64,000 nt of DNA, taken from positions 85,745 through 149,744 of the forward strand of contig MGRM01000009.1 of assembly GCA_001798185.1 (NCBI GenBank), written 5' to 3'. The notes beneath the pieces are model-generated. The model did no database searches and was not told the DNA's origin. It worked only from the letters and a program-made list of their open reading frames with translations. The DNA comes from Deltaproteobacteria bacterium RIFCSPHIGHO2_02_FULL_44_16. GTDB lineage: Bacteria; UBA10199; 2-02-FULL-44-16. Position numbers and translations under genes: made by a program. Of this stretch, positions 18,722-28,465 are shown one piece after another (within the stretch, counting starts at the first letter, position 1; each line of letters opens with the position of its first letter).

Positions 18722-21466
18722 ATGGCTATGACCATCTCTCTTCATCCCACAAATGTCGTTTATATTGAGCAGCTTCTCCAACAGTATCGGGACAATCCTT
18801 CTTCTCTTGAGCCAACATGGCGCGCTTTTTTTGATGGGATTGAATTTGCGCGCGAAAATGGAAAGGATCTCGGAGACAAACTTCTTTTTGAGTTCAATGT
18901 GTTTCAACTCATTCAGGCGTACCGAGAAATGGGATTTCTCATTGCCGATGTTAATCCACTCGACCGCACCCCAAAGTCTCATCCTCTTTTGACATTGGAA
19001 CAATATCATCTCTCTCCCTTCGATCTCGATCGTCCCTGTGACGCAGGAAAACTTTTAGGTTTAGAAGCAGCCACCCTGGGCGATATTGTGGCACATTTAC
19101 GAACCTCCTATTGCGGGCCGGCCACTGTAGAATTTAGTCATATTGGAGATCCAGAACGTCGACTCTGGATTCAACAGCGCATCGAATCACATGAGCTTCT
19201 TCAATCTACTGAAGCAACAACGAAAAAAAATATTCTTCATCTTCTGGTTCAGTCTGAAACATTTGACATGACGCTTCACAAACGTTTCGTGGGACAAAAA
19301 CGTTTTTCCGGTGAAGGAAACGACGCCATGATTCCGATGTTGGCTGATCTTATCGAACAATCAGCACAGACACATACAGATGAAATCATTTTTGGCATGG
19401 CGCATCGAGGACGGCTCTCATTTTTAACCAATGTTCTCAAAAAAGATCTCAAAACTCTTTTTGCTGAATTCTTGGGAAATCTCGAAACAAATACAACTCC
19501 AGGCGATGGCGATGTGAAATATCATTTAGGTTTTTCAGGAGAAATCACAACTTCTTCTGGGAAGGAAGTTCACCTTTCACTTGTTCCAAACCCCAGTCAC
19601 CTCGAAGCCATTAATGCTGTGGTCATGGGCATGGTCCGTGCAAAACAGCAATGCAAAGATGACAGCACACGGATGAAAACACTCGCGGTGTTGTTGCATG
19701 GAGATGCTTCCTTTGCAGGTCAAGGAAATGTCTATGAAACCCTGAACATGTCGGGCTTACGCGGCTATACGATTGGTGGCACCATTCACGTGATCATCAA
19801 TAATCAAATTGGTTTTACCACAAACCCGAAAGATGCTCGATCAACTCCGAATACGACTGATATTGCCAAAATGCTTCAGACTCCCATCTTCCGGGTCAAT
19901 GCGGACGAGCCGGAAATGGCAGTACGATGCATGCGGCTTGCACTCGAATATCGCAACCTTTTTCAGGATGATGTTTTTATCGATCTCATGGGCTACCGTC
20001 GCTATGGACACAATGAAGGAGATGAACCCTCTTTTACCCAACCTCTTCTCTCTGAAAAAATTAAACATCACCCTCGTGTGGCTGAAATCTATACCGCTCG
20101 ACTTCTCGAAGAGGGAATCATCACCCAAGAAGAGGCGCAAGCCTTTCGTGAAAAACTTCAGACTTCCTATGAAACATTGATTGAAGAAGCAAAAAAAGCA
20201 AAAATTCCTCGCACCATGAGTGCGTTTGAAAAAACATGGCACGATTTTTCTCCTGTTCCTCAAACAGAAACTTTTTTTCAAACCATCGACACCGCAGTTG
20301 CCGAAAAAATTCTTCAGAAGATGGGAGATGAACTTTCAACCTCTCCAGAAAATTTTCAACCTCATCCAAAACTGATCCGTTTTTTTGAGGATCGAAAAGA
20401 GATGATCGACGGAAAACGCGGAATTGACTGGAGTTTAGGAGAAGCTTTGGCTTTTGGCTCTCTTCTTTGTGACAATTTCTCGATACGATTGTCGGGCCAA
20501 GATGTGGAACGAGGAACATTTTCGCATCGGCACTCTGTGCTTTATGACATCACCAATAATGAACGATATATTCCTCTCAATCATCTCTCTGAAAGAAAAA
20601 AAGATTATGAAGTGGTGAATAGTTTGCTTTCAGAATTTGCTGCCATGGGTTTTGAATTTGGTCAAAGTCTTGCTGATCCTTACAAACTCACCCTTTGGGA
20701 AGCACAGTTCGGTGATTTCTTTAATGGCGCCCAAGTGATCGTCGATCAATTCTTGGTAAGTTCAGCCATTAAGTGGCAACGCTCGAGTGGACTCGTTCTC
20801 CTGCTCCCTCATGGCTACGAAGGGATGGGGCCGGAGCATTCATCGGCACGACTGGAACGATTTTTACAGGCATGTGCGCAACAGAATATTCAAGTCTGCA
20901 ATGTCAGTACACCTGCACAATACTTTCATCTGTTGCGTCGTCAAATGCTTCGATCCTTTCGTCTTCCCCTTGTCATCATGTCGCCGAAAAGCCTTCTTCG
21001 ACATCCACGTGCAACTTCATCGATGGCTGAACTTACCACCGGAACCTTTTGCGAAATACTCGACGAAACGATGCTCAAGTCATCAAAAGAGATGAAACGT
21101 CTCATTCTTTGCAGCGGTAAAATTTATTACGAACTCTTGGCAGAGCGCGAAGCACAAAAAATAATGAATGTTCCGCTCATTCGTATTGAACAATTTTATC
21201 CTTTTCATGCGAAATATTTACAAACGATTTTTCAACGATATCCAAAAATAAAAGAAATCGTCTGGTGTCAGGAAGAAGCGCAAAACATGGGAGGTTGGCA
21301 TTTCATGAAAAATCAGCTTGTGCCACTTCTTGACCAGAAGGTGAAGCTTCAGTATGTCGGTCGTCCACCGCAAGCAAGTGTTTCGGGTGGTTATCTGCAT
21401 GTTCACGAAGCAGAACAAAAACGAATCGTCACCACCGCATTCAGCGATCTTGAAGGAGCACTATGA
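18722..21466 (+). CDS. sucA: 2-oxoglutarate dehydrogenase E1 component
   Basis: ~915 aa; the N-terminal region aligns with SucA ('…VYIEQLLQQYRDNPSSLEPTWRAFF'); transketolase-like ThDP domains. Confidence 0.85.
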   Translation: MAMTISLHPTNVVYIEQLLQQYRDNPSSLEPTWRAFFDGIEFARENGKDLGDKLLFEFNVFQLIQAYREMGFLIADVNPLDRTPKSHPLLTLEQYHLSPFDLDRPCDAGKLLGLEAATLGDIVAHLRTSYCGPATVEFSHIGDPERRLWIQQRIESHELLQSTEATTKKNILHLLVQSETFDMTLHKRFVGQKRFSGEGNDAMIPMLADLIEQSAQTHTDEIIFGMAHRGRLSFLTNVLKKDLKTLFAEFLGNLETNTTPGDGDVKYHLGFSGEITTSSGKEVHLSLVPNPSHLEAINAVVMGMVRAKQQCKDDSTRMKTLAVLLHGDASFAGQGNVYETLNMSGLRGYTIGGTIHVIINNQIGFTTNPKDARSTPNTTDIAKMLQTPIFRVNADEPEMAVRCMRLALEYRNLFQDDVFIDLMGYRRYGHNEGDEPSFTQPLLSEKIKHHPRVAEIYTARLLEEGIITQEEAQAFREKLQTSYETLIEEAKKAKIPRTMSAFEKTWHDFSPVPQTETFFQTIDTAVAEKILQKMGDELSTSPENFQPHPKLIRFFEDRKEMIDGKRGIDWSLGEALAFGSLLCDNFSIRLSGQDVERGTFSHRHSVLYDITNNERYIPLNHLSERKKDYEVVNSLLSEFAAMGFEFGQSLADPYKLTLWEAQFGDFFNGAQVIVDQFLVSSAIKWQRSSGLVLLLPHGYEGMGPEHSSARLERFLQACAQQNIQVCNVSTPAQYFHLLRRQMLRSFRLPLVIMSPKSLLRHPRATSSMAELTTGTFCEILDETMLKSSKEMKRLILCSGKIYYELLAEREAQKIMNVPLIRIEQFYPFHAKYLQTIFQRYPKIKEIVWCQEEAQNMGGWHFMKNQLVPLLDQKVKLQYVGRPPQASVSGGYLHVHEAEQKRIVTTAFSDLEGAL

Positions 21467-22647
21467 TTCATCCTGTGAAAGTACCAAGTGCTGGCGAATC
21501 CGTAACAGAAGCGTTCATTGGCGAATGGAAAGTCCATAATGGTGATGTCGTCAAAAAAGGCCAGGTGATTGTCGATCTTGAAAGTCAAAAAGCAACGTTT
21601 GAACTGGAAGCTGAATCAACAGGACGCATTGAGATCAAACGTCCAACTGAAGGCGATCGCGTTACAATTGGCGAAGTCATCGCAACGATTGATGATGCCA
21701 ATGGAAAATCTGTAGGGGCGCATGGCCATGCGCCTGAGGGCGAACGCCGTTCGCCCCTACAGCAACAAACATTCATGCAAACATCCCAGAAAACTTCTTC
21801 TTCGCAAGTTGGTCCTGCTGCACGACGACGTGGAGCTGAAGTTATAGAGGTACCGGGCTCTGCGCCCGAGGGCGAACGCCGTTCGCCCCTACCTGCAACC
21901 CCATCTGTACAACCGATAAAATATACGCTCGATACAGCACGCGGTGAGCGAGCTGAAAAAGCATCACGCATTCGAAAACAGATCGCGCAAAATTTAGTTA
22001 CAGCTCAACATACTGCTGCGATTCTCACGACCTTTAATGAAGTCGACATGTCAGCAATCACTGAACTTCGAAAAAAGTATAAAGATTCCATCCTCAAAAA
22101 ACATGGTGTGAAAATCGGAATGGTTGGACCTTTTGCGATGGCCGCAAAACGAGCTCTCCTCAAATATCCTCTCGTGAATTCAACTTTTACGGGCGAAGAA
22201 ATTATCAAGCGCGATTTCATCGATCTCTCGATTGCTGTCAGCACTGAAAAAGGACTTGTGGTTCCCGTCATAAAAGACCTGCAAGGTCTCGATTGGATCG
22301 GATTTGAAAAAAAATTAACTGAACTCGCCACCAAAGCACGAGATGGAAAACTCTCCATTCCAGAGATGACCGGCGGAACGTTTACGATTACGAACGGCGG
22401 CGTGTTTGGTTCTCTCTTAGCCACTCCACTTCTCAATATGCCGCAAAGTGCGATTTTAGGCCTTCATAAAATCGAAGATCGTCCCGTTGCTCTCGAAGGA
22501 AAAGTGGTGGTACGTCCGATGATGTATATTGCTCTTTCGTATGATCACCGTCTGTTAGATGGAAAAGATGCCATTGAATTTATCGTCTCGATAAAAGAAG
22601 CAATCGAAAATCCGAGTTTGATCATTGATGAATCAATATTGAAATGA
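21463..22647 (+). CDS. sucB: Dihydrolipoyllysine-residue succinyltransferase (2-oxoglutarate dehydrogenase E2)
   Basis: N-terminal lipoyl domain ('…DLESQKATFELEAESTG…'), linker, and C-terminal catalytic domain ('…SYDHRLLDGKDA…'). Confidence 0.85.
   Translation: MIHPVKVPSAGESVTEAFIGEWKVHNGDVVKKGQVIVDLESQKATFELEAESTGRIEIKRPTEGDRVTIGEVIATIDDANGKSVGAHGHAPEGERRSPLQQQTFMQTSQKTSSSQVGPAARRRGAEVIEVPGSAPEGERRSPLPATPSVQPIKYTLDTARGERAEKASRIRKQIAQNLVTAQHTAAILTTFNEVDMSAITELRKKYKDSILKKHGVKIGMVGPFAMAAKRALLKYPLVNSTFTGEEIIKRDFIDLSIAVSTEKGLVVPVIKDLQGLDWIGFEKKLTELATKARDGKLSIPEMTGGTFTITNGGVFGSLLATPLLNMPQSAILGLHKIEDRPVALEGKVVVRPMMYIALSYDHRLLDGKDAIEFIVSIKEAIENPSLIIDESILK
21730..21760. repeat. 31 bp palindromic repeat embedded in frame in the sucB linker (copy 1)
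   Basis: gcgcctgagggcgaacgccgttcgcccctac. The core GGCGAACG/CGTTCGCC is a perfect palindrome and translates to APEGERRSP. Confidence 0.55.
21863..21893. repeat. 31 bp palindromic repeat embedded in frame in the sucB linker (copy 2)
   Basis: gcgcccgagggcgaacgccgttcgcccctac, 133 bp downstream of copy 1. It also translates to APEGERRSP. Confidence 0.55.
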
Positions 22648-22834
22648 AGAGGAGTTTGCTCGCAGGGCGACTATAAGCGAATATGAAGCGGAGTGTATAA
22701 GGAGTTTAAAATTGTATTGGTGTCACCATTTGGAGGCTGACGCGAGGAAGACATCCAAATGGAAAAGACACCAAACAATTTTGGACGACGAGTAACGTAG
22801 CGAAATGCGCGGAGCACGAGAGTAAACTCCTCTT
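22647..22834. repeat. ~188 bp structured element filling the sucB-lpdA spacer, closed by a ~17 bp imperfect terminal inverted repeat and nested internal stems
   Basis: 5' aagaggagtttgctcg … 3' cgagagtaaactcctctt. Internal ggtgtc/gacacc and ccatttgga/tccaaatgg pairings. MITE-like or a structured RNA. Confidence 0.35.
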
Positions 22835-22853
22835 CATTTAAAAGGAATGCGAA

Positions 22854-24254
22854 ATGACAGAACAAACATTTGATCTTATCGTTATTGGCGCTGGCCCTGC
22901 TGGCTATGTCGCTTCCATTCGCGCTGCGCAACTCGGAATAAATGTGGCGTGTGTTGAAAAAGAATATTTGGGTGGCACCTGTTTAAATGTTGGTTGTATT
23001 CCCAGCAAAGCACTTCTTGAGTCGAGTGAACTCTACTTCCAAGCCAAACACGGCATGAAAGACCATGGCATCAATGTCGGCGATCTCACCATCGATCTGC
23101 AAAAATTTATGGATCGCAAAAACCAGATCGTCAGCAAATTCACCTCCAACATCGGTATGCTCTTCAAAAAAAAGAAAGTAACGAGCATCAAGGGAAGAGC
23201 CAAGTTTACGAGCACCACAACACTTGAAGTGACGAGTTCTGAAGGAACGAAAACAGTTTCGGCGAAGAATATCCTCATCGCAACGGGAAGTGCCCCTGTC
23301 GCTATTCCTAACGTTCCCTTTGATGGAAAAAGAATTATCGATTCCACGGGAGCACTTGCGCTGACGGAAATTCCAAACGAATTAATTGTTATTGGTGGCG
23401 GTTACATTGGACTCGAAATGGGATCTGTTTACATGCGTCTTGGAAGCAAAGTGACCGTAATCGAAGCACTCGATCGACTTGTTCCTGCGATGGATAATGA
23501 CATCAGCAGCGGTTTACAAAAAGTTCTCACGAAACAAGGAATGGAATTTAAACTCTCCACCAAAGTACAGAAAGCGTCGGTTATCGGCAATCGTGTTGAG
23601 GTGACGACACTCGATCCGCAGGGGAATAGTACCGCCATTACCGCTGATTACGTTCTTGTCGCTGTTGGCCGTCGTCCGTATACTGACGGCCTCAACCTCA
23701 ATGCTGCAAATATCACAACAGATGAAAAGGGACGCGTCAGCGTCAACGAAAATTGGCAGACATCAACACCGAATATTTATGCGGTCGGCGATGTGATTGC
23801 AGGTCCCATGCTCGCGCACAAAGCTTCAGAAGAGGGGACTGCGTGTGTTGAGCGTATTGCAAACCATAACGCTTTTGTAAATTACGACACCATTCCGGGT
23901 GTTATTTATACCTGGCCAGAAGCAGCATCTGTCGGCATCACCGAAGAACAGGCGAAACAACAAAACATCAATTACAAAGTTTCAAAATTTCCGTTTATGG
24001 CCAATGGCCGCGCGATTTCGATGAACGAAAAGGACGGCTTTGTAAAATTGATTGCGAGCAAAGATGACGATCGCATCTTAGGCGCGCACATTTTAGGTCC
24101 GCGCGCTTCTGACATGATCGCCGAAATCGTCCTCGGTATGGAGTTTTCAACAACCGCCGCCGACATTGCTCTCACCATCCACGCCCATCCCACTCTTTCC
24201 GAAGCGGTTAAAGAAGCTGCCCTCGGCCTCGGCACCGGCATGATTCATTTGTAA
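22854..24254 (+). CDS. lpdA: Dihydrolipoyl dehydrogenase (E3)
   Basis: FAD-binding 'IGAGPAGY', redox-active 'GGTCLNVGCIPSK', dimerisation domain; 466 aa. Confidence 0.9.
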   Translation: MTEQTFDLIVIGAGPAGYVASIRAAQLGINVACVEKEYLGGTCLNVGCIPSKALLESSELYFQAKHGMKDHGINVGDLTIDLQKFMDRKNQIVSKFTSNIGMLFKKKKVTSIKGRAKFTSTTTLEVTSSEGTKTVSAKNILIATGSAPVAIPNVPFDGKRIIDSTGALALTEIPNELIVIGGGYIGLEMGSVYMRLGSKVTVIEALDRLVPAMDNDISSGLQKVLTKQGMEFKLSTKVQKASVIGNRVEVTTLDPQGNSTAITADYVLVAVGRRPYTDGLNLNAANITTDEKGRVSVNENWQTSTPNIYAVGDVIAGPMLAHKASEEGTACVERIANHNAFVNYDTIPGVIYTWPEAASVGITEEQAKQQNINYKVSKFPFMANGRAISMNEKDGFVKLIASKDDDRILGAHILGPRASDMIAEIVLGMEFSTTAADIALTIHAHPTLSEAVKEAALGLGTGMIHL

Positions 24255-24357
24255 GCCTAAACACCCTTCTTTTCGAACAATTTGCCTGCTAAAATAATAG
24301 TGGTAATAATAGATGTAATATGTGACATTTTTACTGAAGTCTGTGGAGGAAAGGCTC

Positions 24358-25269
24358 ATGACAAAATGGTATACATTAGCTCTGATCAATCCCTACTATC
24401 AAGATAACCATAATCTTTTCCAATCAGACATTTCTTTTGATGATGTGCTTATAACAAAAAAACCAACGTGGATCGATCGTGAGGATATCAAAAACAAGTT
24501 TGGTTTAAACCAAAGACGTATCATTGAAAACGCGGAGCTTTGTTTTATGACAGAATATAAAGCAAAATCTCTTGGAGAGCCCGATCCTTTGTGGAAAGGA
24601 AAAAAGCAGCGATCAAAACAAGATTTGCATGTTGAAAAGATCATGTTCTGTAACCAGGCACTGTGGCTATCTCAACCGACCTCTTTGAACTTTCAGGTTC
24701 TTCTCCACATTGAAAAAAGAAATGGAAAACATACCGGAAGAGAATTCTCAACTTTTCCAGCTGCTCTTCCTCATAGCGAAGATAGTGAAAGTCTGATTCA
24801 TCAAAAAAATATTCAGGAAGCTCAAACTCTTTTCAGTAAGATTTGCTCTTTACACCGTAAGGGTTCCACATGGATTGCTTTGCATAATCTTTGGTCCGCA
24901 CTTTCAGCTCCTCAAGGTCAATGGCTCATGAGATATTTGTTGCTGTGGATCGCTCTTGAAGCACTTTTTGGATCTGATATCGAGATTACACATCGACTTT
25001 CCGAAAGAATTTCCTTTTTCATTGCCGATGATCGTTTTCAAGCGAAGGATTTGTATGAAAGATCTAAGTATTGTTATCGCTGGCGCTCTAAAATTGTTCA
25101 CGGTAACGGAATGGATAAGCTTACACCAAATGATTCAGAGAAAATCATGTATGACTCTGAAGATTTGGTCAGAACTGCTTTGAAGAAAATTCTTTTGAAT
25201 GATGACCTGATAAATACGTTTAGCGGAAATGGACGAGAAAAATGTCTCGACGAACTGATTTTTGCTTAA
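24358..25269 (+). CDS. Hypothetical protein with a HEPN-like R-x4-H-G motif (candidate Abi/RNase effector); AT-rich gene
   Basis: 'YRWRSKIVHGNG' matches the Rx4-6H HEPN consensus in a predicted helical C-terminal region. GGAGGA RBS 8 nt upstream of ATG 24358. Confidence 0.3.
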   Translation: MTKWYTLALINPYYQDNHNLFQSDISFDDVLITKKPTWIDREDIKNKFGLNQRRIIENAELCFMTEYKAKSLGEPDPLWKGKKQRSKQDLHVEKIMFCNQALWLSQPTSLNFQVLLHIEKRNGKHTGREFSTFPAALPHSEDSESLIHQKNIQEAQTLFSKICSLHRKGSTWIALHNLWSALSAPQGQWLMRYLLLWIALEALFGSDIEITHRLSERISFFIADDRFQAKDLYERSKYCYRWRSKIVHGNGMDKLTPNDSEKIMYDSEDLVRTALKKILLNDDLINTFSGNGREKCLDELIFA

Positions 25270-25280
25270 AAATATTAACT

Positions 25281-26318
25281 ATGAAAACTCTCCAACAATT
25301 CGAAAATGAACTCAGAGAAGTACCGGCATCTGCCGCATGGTATATTGGCGACCTTGGAGAAGCACGCGGTAAGCAAGAACTCTTCACACGGCAATCTCAA
25401 CAGAGACTCAAGGTCCTACGTCAGCATGCGTTGATTGAAAGTGCGGTCTCGTCCAATCGGATCGAAGGAGTAACGGTTGATCAAGATCGTGTAAAAGCCG
25501 TGATTCTAGGCCGCTCAGCTCTGCACGATAGAGATGAAGAGGAGATACGGGGATATCGCAATGCACTTAAGTGGATTCACGAAAAGAAGCCAATGATTAC
25601 GGAAAAAACGATCAAAGAACTTCATCATCTCGCTCGGGGAAAAATTGGAGACGCTGGGCAATACAAAACAAAGGACAGTGATATTATCGAACGCCACACA
25701 GATGGTACATATACTGTTCGCTTCAAAACCGCTTCTGCAAAAGAGACATCCAAAAATATGAAGGAGCTTGTTTCGTTGTGGCAAGATCATCTCAAAAATA
25801 AAGCTATTCATCCACTTGTCATTTTGGCGGGATTTAATCTCGATTTTCTTTGCGTACATCCCTTGCGCGATGGCAATGGTCGTGTGTCGCGATTGCTGCT
25901 TCTGCTTCAGCTTTATCATCTGGGTTATGAAGTTGGACGGTACATTAGTCTTGAACGACTGATCGAAGAAAACAAAGAACGTTACTACGAAACCTTGAAG
26001 CTCAGCTCACAGGGTTGGCATGAGGGAAAGCATGATCCGTGGCACTACATCAACTTTTTACTATTCATTCTCAAAGAAGCCTACAAGGAATTTGAAAAAA
26101 GAGCCGGACAAATCAAAGAACCTAAAGGAGCCAAAACAGAATTGATTGAAGCGGCAATTCGATCACTGGGAAATGGATTCACGGTTTCGGATCTAGAAAA
26201 ATCCTGCCCTACTGTCAGTCGTGACATGATTCGCCGTGTGCTCCACAATTTGAAGAAAGCAAAAAAGGTTGAATGCCTTGCACGGGGCCCAGGGGCCACC
26301 TGGAAGCAAAAAGGGTAA
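25281..26318 (+). CDS. Fic-family protein (class II, auto-inhibited AMPylase type) with a C-terminal wHTH-like region
   Basis: Fic motif 'HPLRDGNGRVSRLL' (HPFx[DE]GNGR) and N-terminal inhibitory 'SSNRIEG' ([ST]xxxE[GN]). Confidence 0.8.
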   Translation: MKTLQQFENELREVPASAAWYIGDLGEARGKQELFTRQSQQRLKVLRQHALIESAVSSNRIEGVTVDQDRVKAVILGRSALHDRDEEEIRGYRNALKWIHEKKPMITEKTIKELHHLARGKIGDAGQYKTKDSDIIERHTDGTYTVRFKTASAKETSKNMKELVSLWQDHLKNKAIHPLVILAGFNLDFLCVHPLRDGNGRVSRLLLLLQLYHLGYEVGRYISLERLIEENKERYYETLKLSSQGWHEGKHDPWHYINFLLFILKEAYKEFEKRAGQIKEPKGAKTELIEAAIRSLGNGFTVSDLEKSCPTVSRDMIRRVLHNLKKAKKVECLARGPGATWKQKG

Positions 26319-26411
26319 TACACATTAATAAGTGTAATAATAAGTGTAATGTATATAGGAATTTGTAGCGTTTTGTTTACGTTGTCTAAACCTCTCACTA
26401 CAGAATCATGA

Positions 26412-26440
26412 TTGAATTTTCGCCTGTAAAATTCTAGTAT
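26412..26440 (+). promoter_or_regulatory. Candidate sigma70-type promoter for the MTase operon (TTGAAT-17-TAGTAT)
   Basis: ttgaattttcgcctgtaaaattctagtat in an AT-rich spacer carrying 'ataagtgtaat' direct repeats, ~40 bp upstream of the MTase ATG. Confidence 0.3.
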
Positions 26441-26479
26441 TATGGCTCTCAAAATTTTGATTCGTGTAGACCTAAATCT

Positions 26480-28465
26480 ATGACTAAAGAAATTGAAAAA
26501 AACCAAACTTTGCCAACGCAAGAAAAGTTTTTTTCTACCGAGAAACTACGTCGGTCAGCGCGAGCGGGGACAAATCTACCTGACCCCACGATGGCACCCT
26601 ATGGGTATGATGCCAAACAGCACTACGGCCATCTCTTTCCCAAGTTGGAATTGCCGCGATTGTTTCCGCCGGCGTCGCATCATCCCGATGACCACGTTAG
26701 CTTTGGCTCGCCAAGTATGGAACCCCATCAGCTTTATCTGGGGGACAACCTCTATGTTCTGCGCCAGTTGCCCACTGAATCAATCGACCTGATTTACATC
26801 GACCCGCCCTTCTTTTCCAATCGGACCTACACCCAAATCTGGGGTGACGACAATGAAGTGCGTTCTTTCACCGATATTTTTCAGGATGGGATGTTTTCTT
26901 ATCTCGCTTGGCTGAATGCCCGATTGTGGGAAATGAAGCGGGTACTCAAGTCTACCGGTTCCATTTACGTTCATTGCGATTGGCATGCAGCTCATTACAT
27001 CAAGTGTGAACTCGATAAAATTTTCGGCTATGACAATCTTCGGAACGAGATTATCTGGTGTTACCAAAATGGCGGCAAAGGAAAGGAAAATTTTGCCCGC
27101 AAGCATGATATAATTTTTTGGTACTCAAAAACGCAACAATGGATTTTTAACGAAGCCGACGTTCATATACCCTATGAATTAATTTCGCCTAATTCTGTAA
27201 CGCCATTTAATCTGAAAGACGGACAAGGTAGACGCTATCGGGAGAGAATCTCAAATGGGAAGAAGTATGTCTACTATGAAGATAATGGGAAAATTCCCAA
27301 CGATTGGTGGTTAGATGTACAGCCGTTGACTGGGCGTCATGGGTGGGATGAGAGATTAGGGTATCCTACACAAAAACCGGAATCTTTACTTGAAAGAATC
27401 GTTAAGGCGTCTTCAACTTCCAACGGTATAGTCGCTGATTTTTTCATGGGTGGTGGCACAGCGGGATCTGTCGCTCTGAAATTGGATCGCCGTTTTATCG
27501 GCTGTGACATTTCTCGCGTTGCTGTCAGCGTTACCGCTAGCCGTTTAATTGATATCGCTGAAAATATTTCAGGCATAACAGTAACAAACAAAGCCCAGCC
27601 GACTCTACCAATGAAACAGGCAGACGTTGCCGATATTCGCGTGGGCTATGTGGGGAGCTACCCTCAAGATAAATTTCGCGGTATCTCCCATGAGGAATTT
27701 TCAAAATTCATCCGCACTGTATACCAGGCCATGCCCTTTACGGGTCAGGCTCAATGGATTCATGGCTTGGCCAACAACAAAATTATCCTTTCCATTGGCC
27801 CGGGCGACCCCAATGAACGGGTGACGCTTACACAAGTGGATGGCGCCGTCAAAGACACGGTCAAACAGTATTCTCGACAATTCGCCGAGGGAGAAGACAA
27901 AATTCTTCAGATTATCGGGTGGTCTTTTGATCCTCAGTGTGAAGGTTGGAAGCGCAAGGCGGCAGAAACCCTCAACAGCAAGGGAGTCAAGTTACAAATC
28001 GATCTGATTTCTTTGGGGAGCGAGAGTTTCCGTCAGAAAATTTTCCGCAACGTTGGTGAAAGCAATCTTGATCTCAAATTCAATCGTCTTAATCAACTCC
28101 TCTCATTCACCGGCGCGCCCTATGCCGGAAAAATCACTGTCACCAGTAGGAACAAGTTGACCGTCTCTTTTGCTTTGGAAGGGGCAAGGGCTATCGGTGC
28201 GGGCGCCAAGCTGATCAACTGTCAGTGGGATTTTTCCTATGACAACAACCGCTTTGCCAGTCGGGAACATGCTTTGAACCGGGACGGAAAGAATGGAGAT
28301 TTTATCGCTATCCTGACAACGGATCACACGTTTCCAAAGTCAGGAACGTACAGCATTGCGGCGAGGGTACAGGACAATCTCGACGGACAAGCCACAGTTG
28401 CCGCCCGAATCGAAGTGAGTGAAACCGATTGCAGGATTATTGAAGAGAAGATCGTGAATGTATGA
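26480..28465 (+). CDS. DNA methyltransferase (N6-adenine/N4-cytosine, beta-class, type III Mod-like / PF01555) with a ~300 aa C-terminal extension of unknown function
   Basis: Motif IV 'IYIDPPFFSN' precedes motif I 'DFFMGGGTAGSV' by ~220 aa (beta class), with 'SIYVHCDW…NEIIWCY' in between. 661 aa total. Confidence 0.8.
   Translation: MTKEIEKNQTLPTQEKFFSTEKLRRSARAGTNLPDPTMAPYGYDAKQHYGHLFPKLELPRLFPPASHHPDDHVSFGSPSMEPHQLYLGDNLYVLRQLPTESIDLIYIDPPFFSNRTYTQIWGDDNEVRSFTDIFQDGMFSYLAWLNARLWEMKRVLKSTGSIYVHCDWHAAHYIKCELDKIFGYDNLRNEIIWCYQNGGKGKENFARKHDIIFWYSKTQQWIFNEADVHIPYELISPNSVTPFNLKDGQGRRYRERISNGKKYVYYEDNGKIPNDWWLDVQPLTGRHGWDERLGYPTQKPESLLERIVKASSTSNGIVADFFMGGGTAGSVALKLDRRFIGCDISRVAVSVTASRLIDIAENISGITVTNKAQPTLPMKQADVADIRVGYVGSYPQDKFRGISHEEFSKFIRTVYQAMPFTGQAQWIHGLANNKIILSIGPGDPNERVTLTQVDGAVKDTVKQYSRQFAEGEDKILQIIGWSFDPQCEGWKRKAAETLNSKGVKLQIDLISLGSESFRQKIFRNVGESNLDLKFNRLNQLLSFTGAPYAGKITVTSRNKLTVSFALEGARAIGAGAKLINCQWDFSYDNNRFASREHALNRDGKNGDFIAILTTDHTFPKSGTYSIAARVQDNLDGQATVAARIEVSETDCRIIEEKIVNV

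Noticed and set aside
21585-21971. 128 aa antisense ORF inside sucB
   Set aside because: An artefact of the GC-rich palindromic inserts. The palindrome reads GERRSP on both strands, which produces an open antisense frame. sucB on the plus strand is clearly the real gene.
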